Shown: positions 23,649 through 37,613, counted from the whole stretch's first letter. The stretch: 60,133 bases of DNA, filler included, from Sphacelaria rigidula (GCA_964200075.2; 7 parts of 7 records of this genome joined end to end with filler, not necessarily neighbours in it); one strand, 5' to 3'. Numbers and translations: made by a program. The notes: generated by a model from the sequence alone, not told the origin.

Positions 23649-25558
23649 AAATGAAAAGACAGTCCACAAAAATCTGCTTCGGTGTTGCACGCAGCGTGGG
23701 ATTCCAATTTTAGCAACACGCATGGAATTCGATTGTTTAAGCAACGCGCATGGAGGTCCCCGGTTCAAGCAGCACGCATTCAGGTCACGATTGATATAGC
23801 ACGGGCCACATGCTGTTCGAAACCTCTATCTGTACTCACATCAGGCTTCGTTTCCCATCCTGCCACTTCGCTTGTGTTGTGTCGGCAAAAATGTTGAAAA
23901 AAAAAACCCTACTTGTTCGGTGATATTGCGATAAGGGGTGTCAAAGTCAAGAGAGACAAGAGGTAGATGAAAACACGAACACAGCAAATGAGAACACCAT
24001 TCAACGAGTGGACACCTTTGGCTGCTGAAGGGTTGTTAAAACGGTCTCGGTCGGGGGTGTCCACTGGTGGACGTAGCACCATTCTTCACTTTAAAAAGGA
24101 CTGAAATTGACGCCGACTCAACGAAGGGATTCCTCCAGTGGTCACGGGGTCAAAACACCCACTCTGAACTCGAGATAAGAGAGACAGGTGACAGCAACCA
24201 GAACCACCCGAGGCAAAAAAAAAAAGCCGGCAGTGCAAAACGAAGTAAACACGAAATAATGATCTGTTGGGGCTCGAGAGTAAAAATTGATGGCCTGCCA
24301 GCAGTCCAGAAATAACAATTGCTGAATCTTGAAGAGAGATAAATAAAACACCTGTTGTGTGTGTATGTGGCGCGCGCGCCTGAGTACATAGTATGCATAT
24401 TGGATGCATTTTTCTACGTAAAACATTCTCGAATTTGAAGTGTGGGATATATTGCCCCGGTCAGTAGTGTGTACCACTTGGTCGATGAGAAAATTCCCGG
24501 AATATTATTACTTGATTTGAGAGTAAACACCGATATTCGGATCTTTATCGGGGCCAACAGCCCCAACCGCTCCTCGCGTACGCAAAACGCGTTTCGTCGA
24601 AATCGGCGCCTGCGGCGCCATTTCGAGGTCTGCCAACGCCACACTTTGCCTAGGGAACGCTTCACACCCCCCTCGCCCGAGGATTCTCGGCATGCCTTCG
24701 GTTGGGGTTTGGGTTAGGTCGGGTTAGCGTTGTTTCGAAAAAGATGTTTCCAAGAATTTATTTCATCGACCAAGAGGTGAACACACCTCCGCCAAGCCCC
24801 CCTCCGCCCCCCCCCCCACCACACACACATACACACACCTGCACGGGCCATCGAGATCGCGGCGTTCCATGGAACAAGGTGTGATGCCCATATTCGGCAT
24901 GTAGGCGTGTATAACACCCTGCATATTCCACCAAGGGCGCGCAAACAGGGGAAAACATAGGAGCGGGGTGGAGAGGGCAGGAGAAGGGTACCCACCGTCA
25001 GCACAGCACAGTGCAACATGAGGCAAGTAGGGACGATTGATTGCAGCACAGGAAGAGAAAGCCCGGAAGTGCGTAAATGGATCGTTGTGTACATGTCACA
25101 AGACCGAGAAACAAAACAGGAAGCGGAAGCATGGAAAAGGATTAATCTTCCTTCAGGCACGACCGGCACTCTTTCGTCGCTTCCGGGGTGTACCCGTGAT
25201 AATGGGTCCCGAAAATCTGTGGAGATCGCCGTAGATGTTGTTGCACACGGATTTTTGTTCAGCGGTCGCTCTCGAGACCTTGGAGCCAAGCGAATCTGAA
25301 AAGTGGGCTAGGCTCCTCTCTGTGGGGTGATGCAAAGTGTCCAAGACGTGTGTCGGCCATTTTCCGTGTTTGGGGGTCAAAACGTGGCTCAAACGCCATA
25401 AAAGTGAACAATCCGTGGGCCGAAAATCTGTGTGCCATAACATTCGGCCTAAGACCCACTTTTATGGCAAGCACGAATCTCGATGTTTTCAAATCGTGTG
25501 GACAAACAATCGGGGAACGCATTTCATGGACACCGATTTGGACCAAATCGGGTCCGAA

Positions 25559-25654
25559 AAAATCGGGGGGTCACTATCTCGGAACGGTTTTCCCCGATTG
25601 TTCGAAAAAATCGGGGGAAAACCATTCCGAGATCGTGACTCCCCCGAAATTTTT
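25559..25654. repeat. Imperfect palindrome/hairpin
   Basis: TCGGGGGGTCACTATCTCGGAACGGTTTTCCCCGATT pairs with AATCGGGGGAAAACCATTCCGAGATCGTGACTCCCCCGA. Confidence 0.75.
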
Positions 25655-25715
25655 GAGGTGACGTACGTGCATTGACGTACACTCCCAGAGTACGACGCGT
25701 TTGATATTTTTGCAA

Positions 25716-25815
25716 NNNNNNNNNNNNNNNNNNNNNNNNNNNNNNNNNNNNNNNNNNNNTTAATTAATTAANNNNNNNNNNNNNNNNNNNNNNNNNNNNN
25801 NNNNNNNNNNNNNNN
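25716..25815. other. Artificial contig linker
   Basis: N44-TTAATTAATTAA-N44. Confidence 0.99.
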
Positions 25816-26540
25816 CGGAGACCAATCCCAAAATAGATGTACTGTCTGGAGTGCTGTTCAAAGAGATGATCTACAGAGCCTGCGCACCGGAGACTGAACA
25901 ACGCTAGATAGGAAGATCCAAAAAAGCAAGAACAAAAAAGGACAACCTGATGGTAACGAGGAGGGAAAGCGGGGAACTATGACCTTCCTCGGGTTCCAGT
26001 CAAGTAGCATCGTCATGGAAGCACAACAGACAGGGCATGTCTAGCCTACACACGGCGTATAGCGCTATCAGCAAAAAACAGAATCTACGCTAATTCGGAG
26101 GTTATCCGCGTATTCCTACATCTGGGTATGTCAGGAGAAGGGTGGGAGAGGCCTATGTTGTTCAGTCTTCCGTGCTGTCTTTGATTTAGGCCAAGTACCT
26201 CCGGACGTTCAGAGATGGCCCTAACCAAACACAGTGGAGATTACCTTCGCATAACAACCCAATTGGTGTACTCGCACGCTACTCTTAGCACAGTTGGAAA
26301 CACACGGCGAACGGGGAAAACACTATTTTTTCGTGGTTCAGGACATGTGCGTTTGTGAGTGTGGGTGTGTTTGGGGAGGGGGGGGGGGGGGGTTCGCACA
26401 CAGTTTTTGTCCCTGGAGCCATTTTGCGGGGGGCGATAATTTCATCTTTTTTTTTTTTTTCAANNNNNNNNNNGCAAAAGGCGCGGAAGGGGGGAACAAC
26501 TGTGTTTTTTGGGGGGGGGGGGGGGGGGTGTGGGGGGGGT

Positions 26541-26573
<33 letters not shown>

Positions 26574-28813
26574 TTCGCACACAGTTTTTGTCCCTGAAGC
26601 CATATTGCAGGGGTCGATAATTTCATCATTTTCTTTATTTTCAAATCATACTTTCATCGTGTCCGGTTTGTTCTTGTTCTTTCTTCTCCTCCCCTTTACT
26701 TTTTTTTCGTTTCGTCTCTGGTATATATTGTCTGGTTCACCTCCATGCGTTCGAAGTTTTATTTTCCCCTTCTTGACGTCTATGTTGACGGAGCGGTTCT
26801 GTTCTGTTTACCTTATGGACGCCCATCTCGTGAACACGATTGGATCTCTCATGAATAAGTTAATATGTGATTATCATTCATTCACTCAATCAATCAGGTT
26901 ATGCTGTGTGTTATAGGATGTCAGCTACTATTCAAATAAAAAATGATGAAAACAACGAAGAAAACTCATCACCCGGTATTACGCATAAATCTGGTATTTT
27001 GTATATTGTTTCTACAATGCAAACAATAAATGCTCGTTCGTTGACCCTCTTGAAAAAATCGTAAAAACAAGTTGTTCAATTGGTATTATAAAAATAGATA
27101 TTGAAAACTCAAGTACAAAATTATGCAGCTACAGTAAGAGGGGATCACGATTGGAAGGGAAAATCTACCGGGTGAAGTCAGCCATTACGAGCAATGGCCA
27201 TTGATATAACCAATCAGGCAATTAAAACTCGTCTGCTCACTCTACTGTTTTGCAAAAGCTAACTGGTGTGTTCAACAGTGGCTAGGTGAATAAAACAGCG
27301 CGGTTCGGAACAAAAACACTTGCAGGATGTTTGCGATTCCAAGACAGTGATCAAAGACTGAACGGGGGAGTGTCTGCATAGAAAAAACATCAATCAAAAT
27401 CGAAATATACAAACTAGCAGGGCGCTGAGACTCGCACGTTGCCTTGAATCGCAACCAAACTGCTCTAAAAATCTGGAGCCTCCACGAAGACTCACCTGAT
27501 GCCTCAAAAAAAAAAATGTATGGAGTTTAATCAAAACACACACTGTGAGAGCCTCCCACGATCGTGAGGGTGCGGCAGAATACTGCGAGATGCAAACAAA
27601 TACTTCAAGTGCGAGGAAATGCAGCATCGCGTACAGGCACCCACAACAGGATACGCGCGCACAGACAGGTAGCCGGAGCCTGCTATAGGATACAAAGTGT
27701 GTGACCGAGTACGCATGGTTTCTGTACTGGGTGAGCATCAGCAAAACGTGGGTGTGAGATTCCGTAGCCTTCCCGTTTTCACCATATGGAACTTTGACAC
27801 CTTTTGTGTTATGCAGCCTTTCCAAAACATTCGTTGCAGCGCCATTTCTTTTCGAATCGAAGCCAATGCGAGCCACGTCACATGCGGCGGATCCTGAACT
27901 ACCATGAGAGCAATGAACCAATGTTAGAGAGTGGGTGTAACTTTCTTGGTCGGCGTTTGACTCGCTAGGCCCCGGTGTGCTTTGTTGGGTGTTGGTCACT
28001 ATGGGTCCGTATCGCATACGTATCAGACGCATTTTTTTCCCGCTGCCGATGCGGAATCTAACGGCAACGTGAAGGACACAAAAGCGAAACGTAAATTACG
28101 ATTTTGATTTCGGTTGTAAGTTGTATCGATACGCGCCCTGAACGTCTATGCTGATTTTTCGCCCCTTCTCTCATCACAATGCATGAGGTGACCACGCAGA
28201 GCTAGTAACCTACGCAGAAAGTGCGCATTAATAGATATCTCCGGTGGCACCGAAGAGCCAACCACGAACGAAACTGTACGGCCACGTGAAATAGGACGGG
28301 ACATCACCCACCATCTGCATCGGCTTCGCCTTGCCTGTCGTATTGATAACCTTGGCCGCACTCAATGAATCATGCTAACGGCGACAACAACAGCGACAGC
28401 AACAGCAACAACAACGACGACGACGACGACAAGCAGCGAGCGGCAAAGGTGAGGGACAAAGGAAACGATGTCACTAGCAAAAATGTCGCGCATGGCACGA
28501 TATACCCACATACACATTCGCGGCTCCAACTTCTCCCTTTCCTCAGAACGATTCCGTGGTCTGGACGCGTTGTTCATGTTTTTTCAATCACTCCTGCTGC
28601 TAACGCAGCTTTTCACAGAGGCCTTCATGCTGACCTATTGCTGGTGTTCGGTGAGTGTGTCAAACTAGTTCTAGAATTTAAATTAATGCGGAAGAGAATG
28701 GGGCGGGGCAGGGACTGAGAGATGTGCCGGCCCCCAGTCAGACTGTGAGATAACAGAATGCGTTCATCTTCATGAGTGCGAAATGTTTCATGTCATGATT
28801 TGATGAAGAGTAC

Positions 28814-31800
28814 CATCGTTAAACCTTGCCCCTGCTTGACAAGGACCAGTCGGGTGTCGCCGAAGATGATGATGATGTCGCCGATGGACGCATGCGATTC
28901 GTACTTCCCGCCCTTCCCGTCTCCTTCGTTCACGCCTCTCTCGATCAACGCCTGCAATAATAATACACACGTAGTATTTCAATCGTAAATTTAGGCGGCA
29001 CAGCATCACCATTTGTCTCCTATTTCCAACCTTTCATACGTGGATCGTAAGCATACAATGGAGGCAGGGTTGCCGCTCTTCCACCGCAACGTCACATGTG
29101 TCAAGAACGTGAAACTTGCGGCGAACAGCCTAAGGATGACGAGACGCACCAGAGCCAGGGCAACTTTCTCATGTGTCAACATATTTTATATAAAAAACGT
29201 GCTGTATTCATTGGATGTATGTATTCATGAGCGTTCCACCACCTTCGTGCGCCGTTCATGTCATGCACCATTCAACGCCTCCAACACCGGCCATATGTGA
29301 GCATAATCTGAGGCACATTTCGACACACGAGGTTGAGAAATGCATAACTGCCGGCCAACCCAAGTAGAGTACAATAAGTATTTCTTGAATTGTTCACTAC
29401 AACGAGGGTACACGTCAAAAGGTGAAAACGCCACCTACCTACGTCCTGTGCTGTTTGAAATTAAAAACGCGTTTAGGCGTTTAGGGTTTTGGCTTCTACG
29501 TTTAATAACTTGCTCCTATTCACAGTACCCTGGAGTACGCAGGTGTGGATTTTCTTTTGTTCGGGCACTCTCGGTACAAAATGTGTTGTTCTTCTTATGT
29601 CAAGGCCGTGCCCACTATATCCACGTAAACATACGCTCCAAGAGCCCTGTGTCATCCTCTTCAAATCCACGATGCACTAGGTAGAGTGTTACATTATACA
29701 GCCACAGAAACGACGACGTCTTACAACAGACCTCCTGAACGTACAGCACATCTAGACCGCAGTGACGGAGCAAGTGCGAGGGGCTGCAATGACCTGTCGG
29801 TCCAACGAAACTTAGCTATATTTTGCAAAAATCTGCTACAGTTCGTGTGGCAAGAGGTCAATGTCTACAGCAGTATTCCTCCACATGTACTCCAAGATAT
29901 ATATAGAGAGAGCATTGAAATCAAGCATAGAGCTAACCACCGTCAACAACTGCTGGTCGCGGGTCTGGGGCTTTTTAGACCGTTCATAACGCCGTGGAAG
30001 AATATCACGTCCATCAACCTCTTGGCCACGACCGCTTTCATCCATCATTTGTCTCACTCGCAAATCAGCACTATTTTCACGCATCTACCCATCAAGTATA
30101 ATCACGCGTCGGTGAAAAAGGAGGGATCAAACTGACCTGAGCCTCCGCGGCCTCCATGGACAAGGTGTCGAGGAGCAAGTATTCCGTATAGGTGTCCCTG
30201 GTAAGTGCACGCGGTGGTCTGAGCTGCTGCTGCCATTGCTCGTCGTTTGACTCGTCCGAGATCCCCTGTGACGACCAACGGCATCAACCAGAAACAGGGG
30301 GGGATGGATTGTCAGGGTAAGATCGAGACATCCCGTGAAGATTCGACCACACCAGAACAAGCAAACAGCTGAGTATGTCGGGATCACCTGGAAAGTCTGG
30401 CGACTAAGACGGTGACTGGCATTATACGTCAAAGCAGTAATCGTTCGAGATTGCCCGTTGCACTCAACAACACCGCCTAGACTAGAACCGGAACTCGCAC
30501 AGCATCTGAGAATTATTGTTCGGGAGAAATACTACGGCGGCATCGCGCAGGAGTGATGGTTCTGGGTGTCATGATAGCTATAGCGTGGAGACAAACAAAA
30601 ACATGTAATCAAGAGTCGTCTATCCTGCCCATGATGAACTACCGACACGATAGCTCGAGGATGTTTTGTGAGCGAAGGAGGACAGAAAGTCAACGCCAAA
30701 ACATTTGCATCATTTATCCTGATCGCACATGCAGCAACGGCACCCACTACAAATATTTTATCGCCATCACAGAGTACGTACGTTATGCGTATGTGAGACA
30801 TCGCAATGGGTTTTGCCACGACATTTTGTACACGTCGGACAACTCCACTCACATAGCTCATGTTCGTAGAACTCAGCTGCTGAGTCATACTGTAAAGCTC
30901 AGCGGTGCCTTTCTTCACTTGATGGGATATACCACAAACTGAGTTAACGCGTGTTGTCTGAGGTGTAAAATCTTGAGCTCCCACCGTGAGTTCGAGTGTA
31001 CAGTCGAGCGGGGAGGGGGAAATGGGCGCGATTACTCGGAAGCACGGACTCATCCCCTGGAAGGGGGGGATTCGAAGCTGTGACAAAAAATAAGGAAAAG
31101 AGACGTATCGAGGGAGTGTCCAATTACAGCTGGTACGAAAATCGAAGTCCAACGTCGAAGCACGCCAAGCACACACCTGCGCGACTGAAACGGCGGCGTC
31201 AGAAACACCCACGACCGGCTTCACTACAGCTCCCACGAGTCCCCGCCCCATGCCCAGGACGAACCCTCCCACGCCGGAGGTTTTGCCGCCCTCAACGGGG
31301 GCGGTGACGATGCCGCCGACACCGGAGGCGAACCCACCCACGATATGTTTGCCCCCCTGAAGCAAACGGTTTTCGGGGAGCCGATCCAACCGAGAGGGAA
31401 GACGGGATTAGGATCGTTGCGCGGATGACAATGACAGTAGTAGCAAAAGTAACAGAAGCAGTACCCTCGGTATAACCATAGCAACAGGAGCAGCAGAAGC
31501 AACCCCATACATACTACCACCACCACTATCGACGACACATTCCCACTGTTTTGACTTAATCGCTGATTGATTAAGTGATCAAGTGGTTGTCGCACATCGA
31601 CGTATCCCTCAGGGATCTAGCCGTGGTCATTTCACAGACGTACCCGAGATAAACAAACGGAAACACTCGCTGAAGAACGGAACAGGTAAAACAAAATAAT
31701 ACCTGCTTGAGACCCTGCTTGATGCCACCCTGCCGTGACCTTGCCTTGTTCTTGTCCATATCTCGTTTAGTCCGGTACTCGTCGTCAAAGGTGAGCTTCG

Positions 31801-33939
31801 ACACGGTGTCGCTCCAGGCGCCTGTTACACCCGCAACGGAGCCAAACACCCCGTGTGCGGTACCTGGGAGGAACAGCGCACACCATGAGGCCCCACAAGT
31901 AACTGCGATAAGATATCTTTGAAACTAACAACTTGACAAATATGCCAACCATCGAAAAATGACGTTCTGATTGCTGCTAACAAACTCACAAAACTACAGT
32001 AGCAGCCAACATACACCGGAACATCACGTCGGAAACTAAGGAACTCTATTAACACGATCGGAAAAACAAAACAAATATCCACTAATACACAACAAGACGC
32101 CTGAAAGGAGAGCATGACGACGCGAAATCAAGAGGACACAAAACAGAAACCTCAAGAAGCATTGCACGGGGTGAGGCGAAGTCATTTTCGTTTCTAAGCG
32201 AACCGTAGGAAGGCCTTCACAGAATCTTAAAAAGAAGAGCACTCGTGAAATGATGTAATGCGTGGAGGGATCGAGTGCTGTTTGGACCGCATGGGAATTC
32301 GAACACCCCAGGATCGATGTTTGTCAAGACCGCTCGGGCAAGTCCCTGCAGGGACCGCGCCCCTAACCCTAACCCTAACCCTAGCCATAAAGGTGTCTGC
32401 GGTCCAAAAAGCACGCGGTCCTCCCACACATTACAATGAGCTCGGTATGACCAAGACACATGAAGGGAAACGTGTTGAACATCATCCAACCGTCTTGACC
32501 TTTCAGGATAATGAGTTTATCTCGACGCGTGATATTACGACAATCATTTGCTGCTTACTCAGACTGATATTACTCACCCTTGACGAAGGACTGGGTGCCG
32601 TGACTAACCCCGTCGAAGAACTCTGACGGTCCTTGGACCAGTCCTTGCGCCGGTGCGTATACAAGCGCCTTGGCTCCCACACCGACGTTGCTGATGAGGT
32701 CTGCGGGGCTGCCCAAATCGCGGACGGAGCCCACCAGGCGCAACACCTGAAAAATAAAAATAAAAGTGAAGATGAACCACTTCAGTTACCGGAGGCTGGA
32801 AATCAGAATTGACAGGCATATTGACCCCCTTGTAACCCTCGCATTCCATTCACGAGCCAGACGCCTAAGTACATACAGACACCCATGGTGGCGGAAGAAG
32901 TACAGCGAATAGATCAATGATGAGTGCGATGCGCATACACGGCAGGCACCCCTGCTGTGCTCGGTGCAGGGTCATCCAATCGCAGCACGTTCCGGGTGAA
33001 GCGTGCCCAATCGAGATCATGTAGTAGTATTGACATTTGCAATAGTCATCCCCCATCGTTCGAACCGTCAGTTCCAATGTCTCCAGTCCCCCAGTGCAGC
33101 ACACCGCCCTTGTGTACGACTTACCACGTTCACGTCATATACCATAGCATGCAAAACTGCAAAACCGCACTTCGCACTATTTGTACTCCACTGTGCACAG
33201 TGCGTGGGCGACAATGACCACGTGAGCAAGCGTTCCGATCTCCGAGCTTCCAAAGCTCGAAAATAACGCTCTGCTGCGCTGTGACTTGTCGTCACATCTC
33301 AATGAGCGGCGAACGGCGCCAATGTAGTCTGTCTCTGCCTCCGTCTCTCTGCGTCTGTGTCACTTTGCCGCTCTGTCTCTGTATTTCTTTTTTCCGCCCG
33401 ATGGATTTAGTTTGGATGTTTCTCGGCGAAGTATCTGAGTTCCGTCCTTGGAAACGTGAAGACGTGATTAGCAAGAACAGCATTTTTTTTCTTGCTGAGT
33501 TTGTTCGACGGGAGTCGACGTTTTGCAGGAGTGCTGACCCAATCCACGGTACCAGAACGTAAGGTAAGTGCCGGGCGAGGGGTGGGTTGATCCTCGTCCG
33601 TCCCGGGGAAGAGGAGGAGTCAGAAGTGCGACGAAAACAGAAAGGGAGGGGCGCAATTCGAGACTGCAACACCCCCAACTCCCAACAACAGATCCAGGGC
33701 GTAGGATCTCCTACCCACGAGGGCTGTACAGCAAAAACTCATGAAAACAACCATTTTCAATGCGGCGCACATGACGCAAAAGCGTAAATTTCGTCCGCAT
33801 CGTGTCTTGACCAACCTGGCGCATGGCTGCGGCCTTGTAGTGCCGCCTGACGTTCTCGGAGCCCTCCTGAACGGTCCCGAAAGCATCTTCGACGAGGTAC
33901 GAGGCGAGATTCACGTTGGTGTTCACAAGGGTGGGGATT
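28814..33939 (-). CDS. VPS13: VPS13-family lipid transfer protein, C-terminal part (ATG2_C-like and PH-like region); exons 33939..33816, 32746..32578, 31863..31703, 31356..31177, 30265..30137, 28951..~28814; partial
   Basis: Phase-consistent GT-AG exons encode IPTLVNTNVNLASYLVEDAFG...RRHYKAAAMRQ-VLRLVGSVRDLGSPADLISNVGVGAKALVYAPAQGLVQGPSEFFDGVSHGTQSFVKG-TAHGVFGSVAGVTGAWSDTVSKLTFDDEY...-GGKHIVGGFASGVGGIVTAPVEGGKTSGVGGFVLGMGRGLVGAVVKPVVGVSD...-GISDESNDEQWQQQLRPPRAL...-ALIERG...YESHASIGDIIIIFGDTRLVLVK. This is the typical Gly-rich VPS13 C-terminus with the RPPR motif. The donor of the last exon is uncertain (28825 or 28814). Confidence 0.92.
31561..31700 (-). repeat. Dispersed (CAAT)-tailed repeat copy in a VPS13 intron
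   Basis: GATTGATT...GTCGCAC...CAGGGATCTAGCCGTGGTC...ACGTACCCGAG...GAAACACTCGCT, as in the 3188 copy. Confidence 0.6.
32254..32435. mobile_element. MITE with TGT...ACA TIRs, 4-bp TSD (ATGA) and an internal (CCCTAA)n tract; Ginger-like termini
   Basis: TGTAATGCGTGGAGGGATCGAGTGCTGTTTGGACCGC ... GCGGTCCAAAAAGCACGCGGTCCTCCCACACATTACA, with ATGA on both sides. CCCTAA x3 at ~32360-32380. A homologous copy lies at 41812. Confidence 0.8.
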
Positions 33940-34320
33940 CTGCAGATGCTGGGTGTTGCGACCGCCTCCAATAGTTCCTGGTTTTCATCGTGTGAGACAC
34001 AAGTAGGAACGTCAGACACTAATAAACAGCTCCCCGGTTTTTCGCCTTGACGGGAATTGTGAAGGGCAACTGCAGCCATGCTGACGCCATTACAGTACGC
34101 AGCTCCTGAATATCTCTTGGTCGAAAATAGTGGGCAAGACGGAGATGGGGAATAATATAAACGGTATCTCGACGGGAAGATGTTATTATTTCGCACTCTA
34201 CGGGACCAATGAAATATAACTTGGAGTGGAATTTCGATCCCTCTTCCTATTTTGTACATCAAGGAGAAACAAGTCCTGGATATGGTATTTTCCACCAGGG
34301 GGGGGGGGGGGGGAACTCAT

Positions 34321-34420
34321 NNNNNNNNNNNNNNNNNNNNNNNNNNNNNNNNNNNNNNNNNNNNTTAATTAATTAANNNNNNNNNNNNNNNNNNNNNNNN
34401 NNNNNNNNNNNNNNNNNNNN
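34321..34420. other. Artificial contig linker
   Basis: N44-TTAATTAATTAA-N44. Confidence 0.99.
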
Positions 34421-34885
34421 CCCCCCCTCCCCCTTTGTATTTCAGTCCGATGCGATGACATTTCCCTGCATATCTTCAGGTCGTACACGTGTGTTTTACG
34501 CCGTTCTGTCATCGTCTGCGCCCCCCCTCGCTTCAAATTTTCCCTCGCTTTTCTTCGGCCCCTAGAATTGGACGGTTCCTTATACCTTCATTCTCTACCC
34601 CTCATCTCGAAAAATAGAAGGGCACCACACAGTATTCTGCCCGGAACATGCTGCGTTTTGGTGCAAACATTCTGTATGAAGTGTGACGAATGTTCCAATG
34701 TGCTTTCTCACGACCGTTTTGCTGCAAAGACGGTATTCGGAGAATTGTCTCTTCCGACACCGCAGGAGGTGTCAAGGCATATATCGAGTTACTTTTCGCC
34801 CTTCGAGGGTTTCTGTCATGAGCCGGGACGCCATAACAAGTACGTGAGTAACTGATTCCCTGAATATCCATTCATGTTGCTTCAG

Positions 34886-37613
34886 TGGTGCATATGACTT
34901 CTGCTCGTCGTTGCTGGCGATCACCACGTCTGGCAGGGGATACGCGGAGCGCCAAAAAGTTATGGCAGTACTTGTGGAAGAGCAATTTGTGGAATTCTTC
35001 CTGTCTCCCCTCACAGTCGGAGGAGGTGAGTCCCTGCTCTCCCACGCGATGTGCACGCACTCACGGCATTCTTGAGCCAGACACCGCCCGCGATGAGTTG
35101 CGCACCGCGGGGGGCCTAAGACACTCGGCTATCTTGCTTTCTTATTCGAGCAATCTGCTCGGGAGGCCTTTTCGTATCCCGGCCGAGAGTAAGAGATGAG
35201 TTGTTACGGCATTCCTCGTAGCCAACAACCCCCGAGAATACTGACATTCGCGCCCTGAGGCCGTCGTTGCTCGCCGCTGTGCAGTGAGCAATCTTATTTG
35301 CACTTCAATCCACCTCGCGCTTACCCGATTATTCGACTTGCACTGCACCGGCGACACACCAGCTTACATCGATGAGCTGTATCTGCAACTCGACAACTGT
35401 GTTGGAGAAAATAAGAACCACATCGTGCTGGGATACCTCGGATGTCTTGTGGCCCGTGGGACAATCGGCCGTGTGGAGATTAATTTCATGATGGTGGGAC
35501 ATACCCACATCATGATAGACCGGGTCTTTTCGAGGTGCGTCGGGATTATCCTTGCAGACAACAGTGACGAGTGGAGGAAATCATGTAGCTTTGTGTCACG
35601 GGAAAAATTTGTCGTTCCTTATACGAACCGTAGTGAATCCAATCAAGACGTTGATTTTATCCAGTACACGAACGGACCCACCCATCACAAGGCCCGGTGA
35701 TGGTTACATCATCTACCCGCAACCCCGCTGTTCCTCCCCGTGACCACGTCAAACTATATTGTAATTTATCCGCGAATCCGACGGGGGGCAAGGAGACACC
35801 ATCCCCACCGGACTGGAAGGGATGAACGAAATCGTTCGCTTTCTACTGTGATACTGCAGGCGTGAAACCGCACCCATCACTCAATACTCCCGCCATATTT
35901 TGGTATATTTTTTTCGGACGAGATCTGTCACTGCACGAGTACCTCTGCTGTTGTTGACACGGGTCGCACAAGTCATGCGTTGCCTCCACAGACGCGGTGG
36001 GCAAAAGCCTAAGAGCAGATGAAATACCGCCTCCGGCACCGATATTCCACGCCGACACGGTGTCTAAATATATGCGATTTCGAAGCGCCGTAGGTGGACT
36101 GGGCGTGAATCCACGATGATCCACAGCACACGTACTTACGCTCCTAAATACCATAATGACATGGGTCGAACAAACCGGCCTGATTTCGTACTGGCATATT
36201 CAGGGATATGTTTTATGCGTACAGCGAGGTGGCGATGAGAAGAAATTCATATGTATATAGCAAAAACCGACGACAAAAGCATTGGAATTTTTTACCAGGA
36301 TTTCCATTCACTGCAAGCGAGTTTGACTGTTCACAAGAAGGCAGCAGGCGGAAGCTTTTCGCAAGGCATACAAGGCACTAGAGGTGTCCACGACCACTCT
36401 TCGCTCCTTCGGCAACTTCAAAGGAGCTGTCGGTGGAGGTGGCTGTGTGCTGCCCATTCGTGGCGTGACTCAGCCCCGTTCATTCGAAATCCGCCAAGCG
36501 GGGACGGAGCAGGTGACCGTCGGCATGAAGAAGCACATGCATGCTACAGTCTTCACCGGAACGACGGCCGCCGGGATCTACGAGGGAGCCCCTCACCCGC
36601 TCTTCCGCATGGGTGTTCCAGATCTGGAGTGCCCACCTCCATTCGACCTGAAGGAGGTGGATGCCGCACAGCGAGATAACATACTGGCTCGCTACAACGC
36701 CGTCCACCGTCGGCTAGCTGCCCTCTACCCCCTCGGTGCGTTGCACCTCCAAGCACCCCAAGTGGTGACACTGTATCCTGATCGCTGTATACTCTATTTT
36801 TTGTTTTCGCTGCGGACGGTGGATCCAAGTTTCTCACCCTTATTTCTCATATCATCTTCCCCACCGCAGGAGCGCATCCGAGCCCTGAATACCTCAGATG
36901 CACTGCCTCCACCCTCTCGTGCGACGCGCAGATTTCGACACACAGCAGGCCATCAAGGACGACATGGCGACGCCCCACCGACTTCTGGCCGCGAAAGGCT
37001 CAGTACCGTGGAACCTTCCGTGTCATTGCTTCAAGCGTAATGGCGTGCAGTCATCTGGAGGGTCACGGGAAGAGAAAGCGGGGGCAGATGGGGATGTTGA
37101 AGTAGTCGAGGGGTCTGTGGGGGGACGGAAGCCGCCTGTCGGTGAGGATCCGGGAAAAGGTGGTGTCGATAACTTAGTGCTAGGTAGCTGGGTCGACGGA
37201 GATGGCCATCCAGCCGGGTATATTCCCTCGTTCGACAAGGGACATTTTGTTTTCTTACTCGGTGACAAAGCTCCATTTTTGGTGGGTAGGGTTACGGACA
37301 AAAGCGCGAGGGGACCGATGGCGAAGCAGAAGTTCAGGTGCGCTGGTGGTCGCCGGCCACCTCCGCTATTCGAAACAACGCTTCTGCCTACAACATCGGC
37401 GATTACGGCAAGGGAAAAATCACAGCAGATTACAAGACAGTGGCAAACAGTGATGGGTGTACAATGGGCAGTAAGAGCAAGAGGCGAAAGTTAGTGCCGG
37501 ACGTAGAGTGGATGCAAGCAGAGCTGGTTGTCGCTTCGTGCGAGAAGCTAAACGTTGGTGACAGGATTCCCAAGCCAGTATTAGATACAATGGAGAAGAG
37601 GGCCAGGGGTTGA
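34886..37613 (+). pseudogene. Decayed intron-containing DNA-transposon transposase (Sola/DUF7869-like); core exon 35285..35534
   Basis: LYLQLDNCVGENKNHIVLGYLGCLVARG...INFMMVGHTHIMIDRVFS matches the DNC-x2-(E/Q)NKN...F-x2-(V)GHTH-x3-D-x2-F signature. A phase-compatible upstream exon lies at 34886..35025. Downstream coding-like segments (36384-37613) switch frames, and assigning them to the same gene is inference. Confidence 0.65.

Noticed and set aside
32360-32383. True telomere or chromosome end
   Set aside because: Only a few hexamers, internal to a MITE inside an intron (same for 41925-41978).
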